A stretch of DNA of 64,000 nt, counting the filler, from Reclinomonas americana ATCC 50394 (Eukaryota): assembly GCA_048213135.1 (NCBI GenBank). It is 13 parts of 13 records of this genome, joined end to end, with 100 filler letters (N's around TTAATTAATTAA, not from the genome) between each part and the next. Parts side by side here need not be neighbours in the genome. Positions count along the whole stretch, not along the records: positions 26,451 to 27,775 come from AFZH01021588.1; positions 27,876 to 37,666 come from AFZH01021589.1; positions 37,767 to 39,092 come from AFZH01021590.1; positions 39,193 to 41,759 come from AFZH01021591.1; 9 more parts are not named here. One strand, given 5' to 3'. Below, piece by piece: positions 27,356 through 39,284 of this stretch. Made by a program: the position numbers and the translations under genes. Every line of letters starts with the position of its first letter. Position 1 is the stretch's first letter. The notes under the pieces were generated by a model that made no database searches, had not been told where the DNA came from, and was given only the letters and a program-made list of their open reading frames with translations.

Positions 27356-27533
27356 CAGTGACGTGCGCAGGCATGGCAAAGCACGAGGCGGGCGGAGGTT
27401 GCGCGACAACTCCATAGATGTTTTCGGCGATAATCGCACGAAACACGTCCTCCACAGACTTGCCACCGGCCTTGTCAGAAAAGATAATCGTGCGATTCAC
27501 ATCAAAGTGCGCCACAACTCGCCTCATGCTCAC
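27356..27533 (-). CDS. First exon of a conserved-hypothetical HAD-like protein; the rest lies in the gap
   Basis: MRRVVAHFDVNRTIIFSDKAGGKSVEDVFRAIIAENIYG has a HAD motif-I-like hhhDxNxT and is followed by a GT donor at 27355. Confidence 0.55.
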
Positions 27534-27636
27534 TCACTTGTCACAAAAAAAGCGAAAAACACAAGGGACAAGGACAAGGTACCAATGTGTGTCAATCATT
27601 TGTACAATGATACAGTGTGCGAACCAAAAACGGGGA

Positions 27637-27775
27637 TTATGGTAAGAGGCCCTTGCCGGTCAGCATGTGGGCCAGTGCCTCGTAGACACGCAGCTGTCCG
27701 TCGCCATCCAGCGCGCCCAGCTTTAGTATGTAGTAATCGGCCTTGGTGCTGTGCTTGAGGAAGGTGTCGTGGTAC
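27637..27775 (-). CDS. 3'-terminal exon of an unidentified gene
   Basis: Open frame YHDTFLKHSTKADYYILKLGALDGDGQLRVYEALAHMLTGKGLLP* with GC-rich third positions, running from the gap to TAA. It is absent from the ORF track. Confidence 0.55.
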
Positions 27776-27977
27776 NNNNNNNNNNNNNNNNNNNNNNNNN
27801 NNNNNNNNNNNNNNNNNNNTTAATTAATTAANNNNNNNNNNNNNNNNNNNNNNNNNNNNNNNNNNNNNNNNNNNNAGAGGGGGAAGAGAGAGGGGGAGAC
27901 GAGATAAGAATCGAGAGAGAGAGAGAGAGAGAGAGAAGACGAGAGAGAGCGCCCGACACAGCACAACAAGAAGTCAC

Positions 27978-29115
27978 CTCAGCGTCGCGATACACACGCC
28001 CGTGTCGACATTCCACAGCTTGAGGGTCTGATCGTCGGAGCCAGAGACAATCAAGCTGCCGCTCTGGTTGAAGGCGAGAGTGTTGACACAGCCCTGTGGC
28101 GACTGGATGAGAAGAGAGCTCGGAATCAGAGGAAGCAAGTGGATGCGTACCCGATGGCCTCGAAGCACAATGGAGGTGCGCAGGGTGTCGATGGTGAAGC
28201 TGCTGCGGTAAAAGTCGCGTCGGCGTTTCTCGGGGGTCTGCAGAGGAGGAAAGTGAGCGAGTGGACATAATGACACAATCTGGCGAGGAACACAAAGGAC
28301 AGCAAGACCTCAGGAAGGCACAGTGTTGAGAAGGAGAAGCAATCGTTCAAATAGCCAGTATGAGTGTGAAATCAAGGGAACACGAGTGATGGTGTATACG
28401 AAGGAAGCACGCAAGGCGTCATTCAGATTCACAACGAACACAGACGATGCCACTCTGACAATGTGCGGAAAGAAAGGTGCGATCACTCACACAGTCCAAC
28501 GCCGCACAACGAACACTACGATGCCAGTCTGAGAATGTACGGAAGAAAGGTGTGATCACTCGCACAGTCAAAGACAGCACAAGGTTACAGCGCCAGTCTG
28601 AGAATGCGGAAAGAGGACGTGATCACTCGCACAGTCACAAGCAAGAGTGCCAGTCTGACGATGTTCCAAGGAACATGTGCGATCCCTCAACACGTGTGCC
28701 AGTGAAGACCGCACAAATGCCAGTCTTCCGATGCGCACAGGATCATTCAGTCGCACAATGCCAGTGTGATCACTCGTTTAGAGAACAAACACTCGCAAAG
28801 CAGAAGAAAAGCCTCACAGCGACAGGAGGGAATATACACCACACAAGGTGACAAGTGAATCTGGCACCTCCTCCCTCAGCATCCCACTCACTCACTCACA
28901 GGCAACAAACCGCACAGTCCCTCTCACACGCACAACACACCCACACTCTCTCCCACACACAACAATGACGCCATCAACAAACAAATAAAGATCTTCCGAC
29001 TCACCTTGCGCGGGAGTGCCACTGAGCGCGCATATGCACTCAGATTCATGCTATATGGCGGGTCTGTGTCGTAGCGCAGCATAGCACGCTGCAGCTGTTG
29101 CTCACAAATGCGCAT
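27978..29115 (-). CDS. WD40 protein of the DCAF8/DCAF6/WDTC1 type, 5' exons only
   Basis: Spliced MNLSAYARSVALPRK|TPEKRRRDFYRSSFTIDTLRTSIVLRGHR|GCVNTLAFNQSGSLIVSGSDDQTLKLWNV. The LxGHxGCVN...SGSDD motif is typical of this subfamily. Confidence 0.8.
28449..28780. repeat. Degenerate intronic direct-repeat array (core GCCAGTCTGAGAATG..GGAAGAAAGGTGTGATCACTCGCACAGTC)
   Basis: Three or four near-full copies plus fragments, separated by variable linkers. Confidence 0.8.
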
Positions 29116-29596
29116 GTGGTGAGAATGAGGGTGACGTCGAGTGTCCTGTGTGACAGCTCGCTTGATTGAAAGGCAGGGAGGCGGAGAGGTGAGCGCGGCT
29201 GCTCTTTGTAGTCGTGCACACGCGTGTCTGCGCAGTTGCTTGCCGCTTTCGAATTGATACGTCGCGCGTCCTGCACATCGTCACTCATTGAAGCACAGAC
29301 CACAGCAGATAGGTGAGCGCAAGCTGTGCTGTACTGTGATGTCTGTTGTGTGCATCTGTGGCGTCGCTCAAGCCTCGATGTTGCAGGCAGTGATACGTCG
29401 CGTCCTGCAAAACTTCACAAATCAAGAGTAAGCCGGGGAAGAGAGGTGAGCGTGTCTATGCCATCACACATGCTTATGTCCCTCTTTTCTGGCATCGCTT
29501 GTCGCTGCTTCTTTGCTTTCTTCTGGGGGCGACGTTGTCGTGTTCGTGCACATTCACATGCACAGACTCACCACACGCACTTTTCGTGCAGAGAAA

Positions 29597-30992
29597 ATGG
29601 TGACATTCAGCTGTGAGGATTGCAATGCGTCGTTGCGGCGACCGCAAGTGGAGAAGCACTGGTGTCCGTCGGTGCGTTGTTGTTCTCTGCATGAAGAGTG
29701 ATCATGCTGGCTCACAGGTGGAGAAAACAGGGTCGTCTGTCGTGTGTCGACTGTGGCGTGGTGTTTGATCGGTGCGTCGGTGTGGATGGTGGGTGAGTGA
29801 GTGTGCATCCGTTGGCTGATCGATCTTGTGTGTGAAGCGTGTCGTGGAAGGCGCACACGGATTGTGTGACCGAGGCGGTCAAGTATGGTCCGAAGAGTGG
29901 GGCGCCGCAGGCCAATGGCAAGAAGGTGCGAATAGGGGAAAGGGAGGGCAAGGGAGAAAGAGGGGGAGAGAGGAGGTAAAGGGAGGAGGGGGAGGGGAAG
30001 GCACCAATGCTGTAGAACAGGTAGCGATATCGTCAAGCTGCATGCTTTCTACTGCTTGAGAAGGGAAAGGTGGCAGTCACAGCAATGCAATGGAAGAGTG
30101 TAGTGCAATCGTCAGGCTGCGTGCTTACCACTGCTTGAGAAGGGAAAGGGTGGCAGTCGTAGGAATGCAGTTGAAGAGTGTGTGATCGTCAGGCTGCATG
30201 CTTGCCACTGCTTGAGAAGGGAAATGGCGGCTGTGGCAGCAGAAACCTCCGCTGCTTCATGCAGGTCACTCTTGTGATGAGCTCCCTCGCTCTCACTCTC
30301 TATTTCGACCTTTTGCACTTGCTCCTCTTTCTTAATGTGCAAGTGGAGGAGTGGAAGATGTGATGCAGTTAGATTGCAGAAGAGGCGTTAGAATGCAAGT
30401 GTGGTAACTTCGGTTTATGGTGTTCTATAGTTGCTGTTGCATTTCTCTGCAACACTCTGCTCCCTTCCACCTCTCCTTTGTGTTCTCATCTTCCTTCTCC
30501 GCGCGACTCACTCCTTGTCTCGTGTGCCATCATTCGCAGAAACCAATCAGCCCACTGGTTTGTCAACTATCACATCGCCACGTTGTCTCGCCATCCCTCC
30601 TCTCACTCTCTCCTGCTCCTCGCCGCTCACAGGAGGCCAAGATAAAAAAGGCTGTCACCGTGGCACAACGACGAAACAGCGCCGGCAAGGAGCTGAAGAT
30701 GAAGAGTCTGATTCGCGACATTGTGCGACAGGTACATCCCGCACTCATGTCCTGTTGCTCCTCTCCATCTAACTTGGCGACACGCAATCAGGTGTTTGGC
30801 TGGTCGGGTTCCATGGAGGACGTGCAGAATGTCTTTGCGTCGGTGTTGGTCGCCCTGCAAAAGGCGGAGAGCGAGGATGCGGCGAAGGGTGTGTTTACGC
30901 GCAAGGTGAACAGTGGGCGGGCGAAGACCTTCAAGGTCGACAGCGGGAAGATTGTGTCGGTGGTCTACAAGAAGGACGGTGAGGAGGAGTGA
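29597..30992 (+). CDS. LYAR: LYAR-type C2HC zinc-finger nucleolar protein
   Basis: Spliced MVTFSCEDCNASLRRPQVEKHWCPS|GRLSCVDCGVVFD|RVSWKAHTDCVTEAVKYG, matching the LYAR N-terminal consensus. Lys-rich C-terminal exons at 30633-30992. Confidence 0.88.
30030..30235. repeat. About 78-bp tandem repeat (about 3 copies) in a LYAR intron
   Basis: TCGTCAGGCTGCATGCTT.CCACTGCTTGAGAAGGGAAAGG recurs at about 30030, 30109 and 30186. Confidence 0.85.
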
Positions 30993-31045
30993 GGAATGAA
31001 GAGATGTTAGAGGGCAAGCTGGTGTAGATGAGGTTGGTGTTGGGC

Positions 31046-31175
31046 AGTGGAGAAGGCGTGCGGCGGGAGTGGAGAAGACGTGCGACGGGAGTGGAGAAGG
31101 CGTGCGACGGGAGTGGAGAAGGAGTGCGACGGGAGTAGAGAAGGAGTGCGACGGGAGTAGAGAAGGCGTGTGACG
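31046..31175. repeat. 22-bp tandem repeat (GGGAGTGGAGAAGGCGTGCGAC), about 6 copies
   Basis: Directly visible. Confidence 0.9.
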
Positions 31176-31196
31176 AGCATTTAGCAGCGCTGGACG

Positions 31197-31204
31197 ACAA
31201 CAGC

Positions 31205-31254
<50 letters not shown>

Positions 31255-31289
31255 CGGCGACGACGACGACGACGACGACGATGACGATG

Positions 31290-31323
<34 letters not shown>

Positions 31324-31525
31324 ACACGAACACGAACACGACGACGACAACGACGACAACGACTGCGACTGCGACGACAACAACGACATTGCCACCAAAA
31401 CTGCGTCAGAAGCAGCAGCGGCAGCAGCGGCAGCAGCGGCGGGCAGCATAACAACGAAGACGATGGGGACCACCACCACCACCACCACCACCACCACCAC
31501 CACCACCACCACCACCACCACCACC

Positions 31526-31587
<62 letters not shown>

Positions 31588-31590
31588 ATT
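31197..31590. repeat. Compound tri- and hexanucleotide microsatellite (CAA, CGA, GACCAC, GAACAC, GCA/GCG, CAC, CAA)
   Basis: Directly visible. Confidence 0.95.
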
Positions 31591-32860
31591 CATTCACCAA
31601 CAAACAAGCAACAGCCGTCTTGATGACCAAGTTCAACCGTATCCATATCATCAACACACCACCACCACCACCTCCACCAGCTACAGCAACGTTAACTGTT
31701 CTCATCCAGAGAGCAACACAGCCGCATAATGATCACCACGCACCAGAAACTCAGACATCACGGAAACTGTGAGAAAAGGTCGAGACGGCTGATGCTGGCG
31801 TTTCTGCAAGAGATCGCACCACGGTTTTACGCTGCCTTCCAAACTGAAATGAGAAAGACGGAAATGCAGAGACTATTGATGTCGGGGCCCGCAATTTGGA
31901 AGCCAGCAAAGCCAGACAAACAACAGCAACAACTTTACTAATCCAAACAGCAACACAGCTGCATGATGAACACCATCTTGAGTGAGCACCAGAAACTCAG
32001 ACATCACGGATCCGGAAAAAACAGCGCAAGGAAGTTCGACTTGGATCCATGGACGAGAGGAGATCGCTGATAAAGGGAACAAGTTTTCGAAGTTACTGGA
32101 AATCAAGTCTTGTTGTCACTCGGATCAAAACATTTTCTAGTCGCAGAAGGCTGAAATCGTCAAAGTGTGCTTTTTTGACTATGTTTTGCATTCCAAATGC
32201 CACTGGCTCACACCAGCGTTGTCGCCTAATTTCCTTTTTCGAACTTGTATTTCCAGTATCTCATCACTGGCTCCGAAGAAATCGGTTCTGAAGACATCTG
32301 CCTCATCTGGGAATGCCTTTAGAAGTGAATCTCTCATCCACAGACGTCAGAACAACGCCGCAGAGCGCGTTGATGAATTCACCATTCCACCGTCCGGTTC
32401 GCTCGACCGACTTGCAAATCCATTTTTGTCACACACACACTCGAGATGGCTGCTGTTGGTGCGTGCAACACCCATGCTCCTCTCTCTATACATATCGTGA
32501 CAGGCAGCAGTAGCGGTAGTGAGAAAGAACAGCGTTTCTTTGTTTGTTGAACATGGCGATGGTCCACTCCTGTCCACGCACTCACACGCACCCGCACTCA
32601 CGAGCGCACACACACATCGAGTGTGAGAGCGAGAAAGGGAGACACAGACACAGACAGAGAGCATGTCATCTGCGTGTGAAAGCAGAGTGAGAGAGGCATT
32701 TTATCTGGAACACTCGTCCTCTTGTGTATCACTGAGAACGCGTGTGCTTGCGTGCGTGTCATTGTGCGTGACTGCTCGTGCGTGTGTGTGTATGAGAGAG
32801 AGAGAAAGAAATGAGCATTGCAATCCTCATTCATCTCATCACTCATCGTCATCATCGCAG

Positions 32861-33936
32861 TGCCGCGAAACTTCCGTCTGTTGGAGGAGCTTGAGGAGGG
32901 TGAGAAGGGCGGTGATCCCAATGGCTTTGTCAGCTGGGGCCTGGTGCGTGTGCGCTCCTGAGTGTGAGCAATGCGTGTGACAACTGCATCACTGACTGTC
33001 TCTGTAGGACTCAGCGCAGGGCGACCCGATTGCACTGGAGTGGTGGACGGGCAGCATTGTCGGCCCCAACGTTGCGTGGGATAGGAACAGAATGGAGTAG
33101 AGTTCAAGCTGTTGCTCTTCACTCCCTTCTCTGCGTCGCTATCTCTCCTTGCGTCGCTCACTCTTCTTGCGTCGCTCTCTCTCGCTCTCTCCTTGCGTCG
33201 CTCGCTCTCCTTGCGTCGCTCACTCTTCTTGCGTCGCTCTCTCCTTGCGTCGCTCTCTCTCTCTCTCGCTCTCTCCTTGCGTCGCTCTCTCTCGCTCTCT
33301 CCTTGCGTCGCTCTCTCTCGCTCCCTCCTTGCGTCGCTCTCTCTCGCTCTCTCCTTGCGTCGCTCTTTCTCTCTCCTTCCCCTCCAATCCCTCTCACTTC
33401 CACGTTGCCTGCGCCCCACAGACACCCGCACACGGCGATCGTTTCTACCAGCTGTCGATTCACTGTGGTCCAGACGTTGCGCATCACAATACAATCCCAT
33501 CCCGCTCCCCCCGTTCCACATCCACCTCACTCTTTCTCCCCTTCTCACAGTACCCGAGGGTGGCACCGGAAGTGCGCTTTGTCAACCGCGTAAACCTTGG
33601 TCGATGTTTCGTATTGGGGGCGGGAGAGTAAGAGTGGTCGCACTGCTCAGCTTTCAGTATCGCTGACCGTTCCGACTGTTCGTGCGCAGATGTTGCCGCC
33701 GATGGACGAGTTTCGTTGCTTGAAGTTCGCTTTCTATCTCTCCATTTTGTCCACCCGTCTGCGACACCCAACGACGCCGGTCTCCATCCCTCGTGCTCAT
33801 CCCATCCCTCCCCCAGGTTCAACACCTCGAGTGGAACCAATCCATGAAGATGCGCGACTACCTCACCGCCGTTCGCGCACTCATGGCCGGCGAATTCGCC
33901 AACACGCGGCAGCCTGGCGAGGGCGAGACCTACTGA
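32861..33936 (+). CDS. MMS2: Ubiquitin-conjugating enzyme variant UEV1/MMS2; start exon not resolved
   Basis: [16 protein letters not shown]...[60 protein letters not shown]|...RQPGEGETY*. Confidence 0.93.
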
Positions 33937-34057
33937 GTCGGGGAGCAAAAGAAAATTTCGACCGCCACAACTCCTGGCTTCGTTTTCGTCTTTTTGTTCT
34001 CGCGGCCTTTGCTGACAAATCGCAGTGAATATATGCAGCTGCTATTCCAATCATATT

Positions 34058-37000
34058 TCATTCTCCGTCGTCATCATCATCGTCATCGTCGTCGTCACCG
34101 TCGTCTTCGTCATCGTCGCCTGGGTCAGGATACCCCTGGTCATCGACCACCTCCTCGTACTCAGCTGACCGCCCCGCAGCTATCTCCAACAGCTCGCGAA
34201 TGTCGGCCAGCTGTTCGGCGGCAGTGCGCAGAACACTGAAGGGTGGCGACAGGCCGCTGGCGTCCACTTTCAGGTACTCGTTGATGAGATCGGTCAGCAG
34301 GTGCATCAGGCGGCCGACAGTGGAGCGGCGCGAGCAGCGCATGGTGATTACCAGGAGGGCGTGGGAGATGGGAACGATCTGTGAGGTAAGGGGGAGGAGA
34401 AGGGGAAGGAGAGGAGAAGGGGAAGGAGAGGAGAAGGGGACGGAGAGGAGAAGGGCAAGGAGAGGAGAAGTGAGTGGAGGAAAGAAAGGGAGAGGGAAGC
34501 ACTTCATCGACGAGTTCAAGAAGATGCACGCTCCGACTCTCGTCAGCCCTCGCTAAACATTGCCTGAGATCTATCAAGATTGTGCACTTCTATTACGTTT
34601 CGCACAATCAATTGTACATGCTGCTATCCAAAGTGCTGTAATACGCTGCAATCTCACACATCAATGCGACTTCTTTCCGCGTCTGCACCAGCTGCTAACA
34701 CCATGCATTCTCATACCATCGCTCTGTCAAGTTACACACGATGCTGACGCATCGTCTTCCTAACAACGTGCACTACCTTAATCGTGACAGCGCGCCGACG
34801 ATGTGATGTCCTTCTCTCACCCTTTCCTCCATTATTCCCGTTATTGTCTGCGCTGTGTGCTCCCACTCTCCTTCTCCCTCCCCTCCTCCCTCACACACGC
34901 ACCACATGAAACGTGGCCAACATCACCGGCATATCGCCATTGATCACCAATCGGTCCTGCATACACAAGAGAGTCAAATACCACAGCAGCACGGCGACGA
35001 CCATCGACCTCCTGCCACTACTCACAATGCACGTCATGGCATCACGAGATCCGCCAGCTACCGACTGCCCGACTCGAATCCAACTCGGCTCGGCAAGCAC
35101 CTGGTACTGCAACCCGGGTACGGAGGCGTACTTTTCGTCGCGAGACGCCATGAGCTCCGCAGTCCATCCTGCGGCCTGCGCGGTGCATCACATTTCCCGT
35201 GAGTACGAGGTGCAGCAGCAGTCACCGACACCTTGTTGCATCTTCTCACCAATCGCTTGCTCATCACTCCCTCCACATTCACAAATGTCACACGCACGTC
35301 GCCGACGTTACCGATGCCGTCGACCTGCGGCGGTGGGCAGCAACGGAACGACGGGACGCCGTCCAACTGCAGGACGTGAAGGGTGTGAACTGGGAGAGAT
35401 CGACACGCAAGGGGAGCAGGTGTGCACGCACCGACAATGTTAGAGGCCAATAACTTGGCATCATTAGCGAGTATCGCTGGTGGCCGTCGTAGTATTCTTG
35501 AATGGAGGGGCACACTGCGGAGGGAGTCACAGTCAGGACGAGGAGGTGAAGGGGACATACAAGGGAGAAGGTGAAGGCAAACGAAGAAGGAGAGAAAACG
35601 GAAGGCAAGGATAAGTGGCAGTGAGACAAGCAGAGAAGAAAAAGAACGAATGCGACGACAACGAACGGGCAAGAAAGACAAACACGGGAGGAAAACGATT
35701 GAGGAGAAGGAGCCAACGGACAGCGGAGACAACAAACGACGAAGGACGGAATAGTAAACAAGCGAAGAAGAAGAGACAAGCAGCGGAAGGAGATATGAAA
35801 AAAGGAGACGATCGGCAGAGACGGAGAAGGAGACACAGATCGAGCAGGAACAAATGCCGAAGGAGACGAAAGATGGAGAAACATAAACTGAGAGACTGAG
35901 AGGACACCGCGACAGAGGCAGCGCAGTTGATTATCTTGTCGCTCGGCGAGAGATAAAGCACACAGACATGAGCAAAGCGATTGACTCGATTGTTGATGTC
36001 GCGATGTGCCAAGTCTCGGTCTCGCACAAATTCAATGTCCATTGCCTCACAACCACGCAGAGTCAAAGTTTCTCATACTCCCTACTTGTAGCGTCTTCGT
36101 GTCTCTCATTTTCGCTCCAATGTCCATAGTCTCACGATCGCTGAACCAAGCTCTCTCTTCATACATGCCTTTCTACAATCAATATCAGTTCCTGCTTGTT
36201 CCGTCTCCATCGACTCACAAACGCTCAGAGTCAAAGTTCCTCTTCATGCATGCTTTTCTGCAATCACTCTCCCCCTTTCCCCTTTCCCCCTTCTCTTCCA
36301 CCCCACTCACTTGTCGAGTGCGCCCTCTGCGACAACGTAATATACACCGACTGCGCGATTCTCTTCGTCAGCGCGGCACGCGGTCGCACCACCATCACCG
36401 GTCCGTGTGCAACCAGAGTCACGCACTTTTCACGGAAAATTAGAGTCAGCAACCAGCGCGAGAGCTCCACAGGTGCAAGCAAGCAAACCTTTCGCGCAAT
36501 TCCCAGCAAGACATCCTCGTGTCGCACCTCGGTCTCATACACAAACAGATATGCATCCACCCACTGCTGCTCCTGCTTCACCAGCATCTCCACGTGGTAC
36601 ACGGCACCATGAGCGTCTTCTGCCACCACACCGCCTGCTGGTCGCCGCTTCAGCTCCACGCGCTCATTCGTGTGCACCGTCAGCTCCGTTGGTGGAGTCC
36701 CGAATGTGCGAATGAATTCGCCCTACTCGAGTGGTGAGGGGGGAGGCGAAAGAGGAAGAGGTGATAGAAACGTGCTACGCACCACCAAATGGTCCTCTGT
36801 CTGCGCCGTCGACATGCGATCGTTGCTGTGCATGGCGACGGCGTACGAGAACGACTCGGTCGGCTGCAATTCAAAGCCACGCACTGCACTCTCATACATC
36901 TCGTCCTCCAGCTCGGATTCTGGCGGGACCACGGGTGTTGGATTCTCGCGCTCTCGTCGTTTCCGGCGACCTCGAGGGAGCTGGGTGGGGAAAAGGGAAG

Positions 37001-38033
37001 GAAATCAGCGAGGCATCATCAAGGGAGTGAGTGGGAGAAAATGACAGACCTCGGGCGACGCGCCAAACAGCACGGTAATGGTTGCCTCGTTCACGCGCTC
37101 CATCTCGGCGGGCACGACCACCGAGATGCCCTCGTCGAAAAAGTCGTGCTTGGTTAGTGAGCAGCCTGGGAGAGGCAAAGGGCGAGACGAGTGGAGAGGG
37201 AGAGGGTGAGACGAGTGGGAGGGAGAGGGTGAGGGAGAGGGAAGAGGGGAGAGGGGAGAGGGGAGAGGGGAAGACTAAAGAAGAAAAGAAAGAAGGAGAG
37301 GAGAGGAGAGGAGAGAAGCAGCGTGTAATGGCAGGACGAGAACAAGTGCTGCGAGCAGACAGGAAAATAAAAGGGACACCTTGGACGATGAGTGGAACGC
37401 AAGCTGTACCAAAGGTAGAAGTAGCAGCATCAACGTGAAGACGCCAGGAGACGTGAACCGCAGCTGGAATGTATTCTGCACCATCCCAGGCAAGAGAGAC
37501 AACAAGCGATCGGATGTGCCACCAGAGAAGCTGATACAGTGCGCAGAGCGAGAAGCGAGAGGTGAAAGGAGGCAAACATCATTCCATGTGCCAGATGACG
37601 CTCCGTTGAGTGTAAAGTCCCTCCTTCTCCTGCATATTCTTCTTCTCCTTCTTCTCTCTCTCTCTCNNNNNNNNNNNNNNNNNNNNNNNNNNNNNNNNNN
37701 NNNNNNNNNNTTAATTAATTAANNNNNNNNNNNNNNNNNNNNNNNNNNNNNNNNNNNNNNNNNNNNATCCTCCTCTTCCCGCGCCTGTCGCCGACCCAAC
37801 AACGGTGCAGCCGACGACGAGGAAAGCCCAAACGAGCAACACCGCTGACTCTTACTCTTCTTCTTATGCGCCGCCGACGCCGCCTGCACCGTCACCTTGC
37901 GTCGATGCGCAATGACTGGCGCCGGCAATCGCGCGCCTTCTCCTCCTGCATCCGTCCACGAGGCGGGAATCTCAAATCCAATCCCCGTCCACTCGTGCGT
38001 CTCACGTGCACTCCAGCCCGCCTCCTCCTCCAT
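34058..38033 (-). CDS. Uncharacterised multi-exon protein with an acidic C-tail, possibly containing tandem PsbP/Mog1-like domains; spans the gap at 37667
   Basis: Splice-bounded exons include MEEEAGWSARETHEWTGIGFEIPASWT, HDFFDEGISVVVPAEMER, WVDAYLFVYETEVRHEDVLLGIARKVCLL, EYYDGHQRYSLMMPSYWP and ...YPDPGDDDEDDGDDDDDDDDDDGE*. Internal structure is only partly resolved. Confidence 0.6.
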
Positions 38034-38209
38034 TGGAAATCACACACACACGAGAGTGAGTGAGAGCGCGAGAGAAAGCGCGCGTTCCCCGAGGAAATAA
38101 AGATGGTGACAATGGACAGAGCGAGCATCGGATTAATAATCTGTCCTCTATCACACGCGCGCTTATTTGGTGTGTGTTTTCGCTCGGCGACGACAACCAA
38201 CAACAAATC

Positions 38210-39231
38210 ATGTCGTATAACTGGTGAGCGTCTGTGTATTGGCTCTCACTTGTGTGTGCGTGTTTGCATGTGTATTGTTATGTGCTGGACATGACATGGC
38301 GCGCGCTTTTTTTCCTCACTCACACGCACACGCGCGCACTTGCAGGGTTCCGCGGCTCATCACCGACGATGATGTGGATGCGTGGAACAAGTTGCATTTT
38401 CCCCATCACTTGTCAAAAAGAGGGAAGAGTCACACTCACTCTTCTTGTCTTGCGCACAGGTCACTGACAGAGGGCTTGGTGGACTCGGCAGCTGAGCACC
38501 CGCTTCTCTCCATTGGCGCACGTCGTCGACGCGTCAATGCCGCCGAGCCCGCTGCTGCTGCTCCCGCTGCTCCAGCTGCTGCTGCTGCCTCCCCCTCCGC
38601 AGCACCTCCTGCACCCTCACAACCCGCTCGCGCACCCGCGAAAAAGTCAGTGTTTGGCGACGATGAGTTTGAGGAGGTGAGCGCCGCCGATCCACTGTCT
38701 GCTCCGTCGGGTTCGTCGTCATCGCGTGGACGAGCGACTGTGGTCGACGACTTTGACGAGGTCGGAGGCGGCGGCGATGACGAGGAGGTGACGGGCTTTG
38801 ATCCGCTGTCGATGATGGCGTCGGAGTCGCGCTCCGCTGTGGATGTGGTGGTGCACACGGGCGCTGGTGGGCTTGGGTCGGTGGCGGTGTCGTCGGAGAT
38901 TCCGTCGATTACGTTGGGTGTGGCGCCGACGAGCAGTGGAGCGCGGGCGCGCTTTGATCCGTCGCGAGTGCGCTCCAAGAGTGGCCGCGTGCCGCCCGAT
39001 TTCAATGTGCTCAAGCATGCCGTGCTGAAAAAGTACACGACGGCCAAGTCGATTCCGGTGACCTCCAAGGTCGTGGATCCCGGTGGCGCGGGNNNNNNNN
39101 NNNNNNNNNNNNNNNNNNNNNNNNNNNNNNNNNNNNTTAATTAATTAANNNNNNNNNNNNNNNNNNNNNNNNNNNNNNNNNNNNNNNNNNNNTTCCCTTT
39201 CGTCAGATCCCTCCACTTATCCTCCTTCCCT

Positions 39232-39284
<53 letters not shown>

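Noticed and set aside
30270..30370. Possible box C/D snoRNA in the LYAR intron (GTGATGA near 30274)
   Set aside because: No box D (CTGA) at a suitable distance and no terminal stem.
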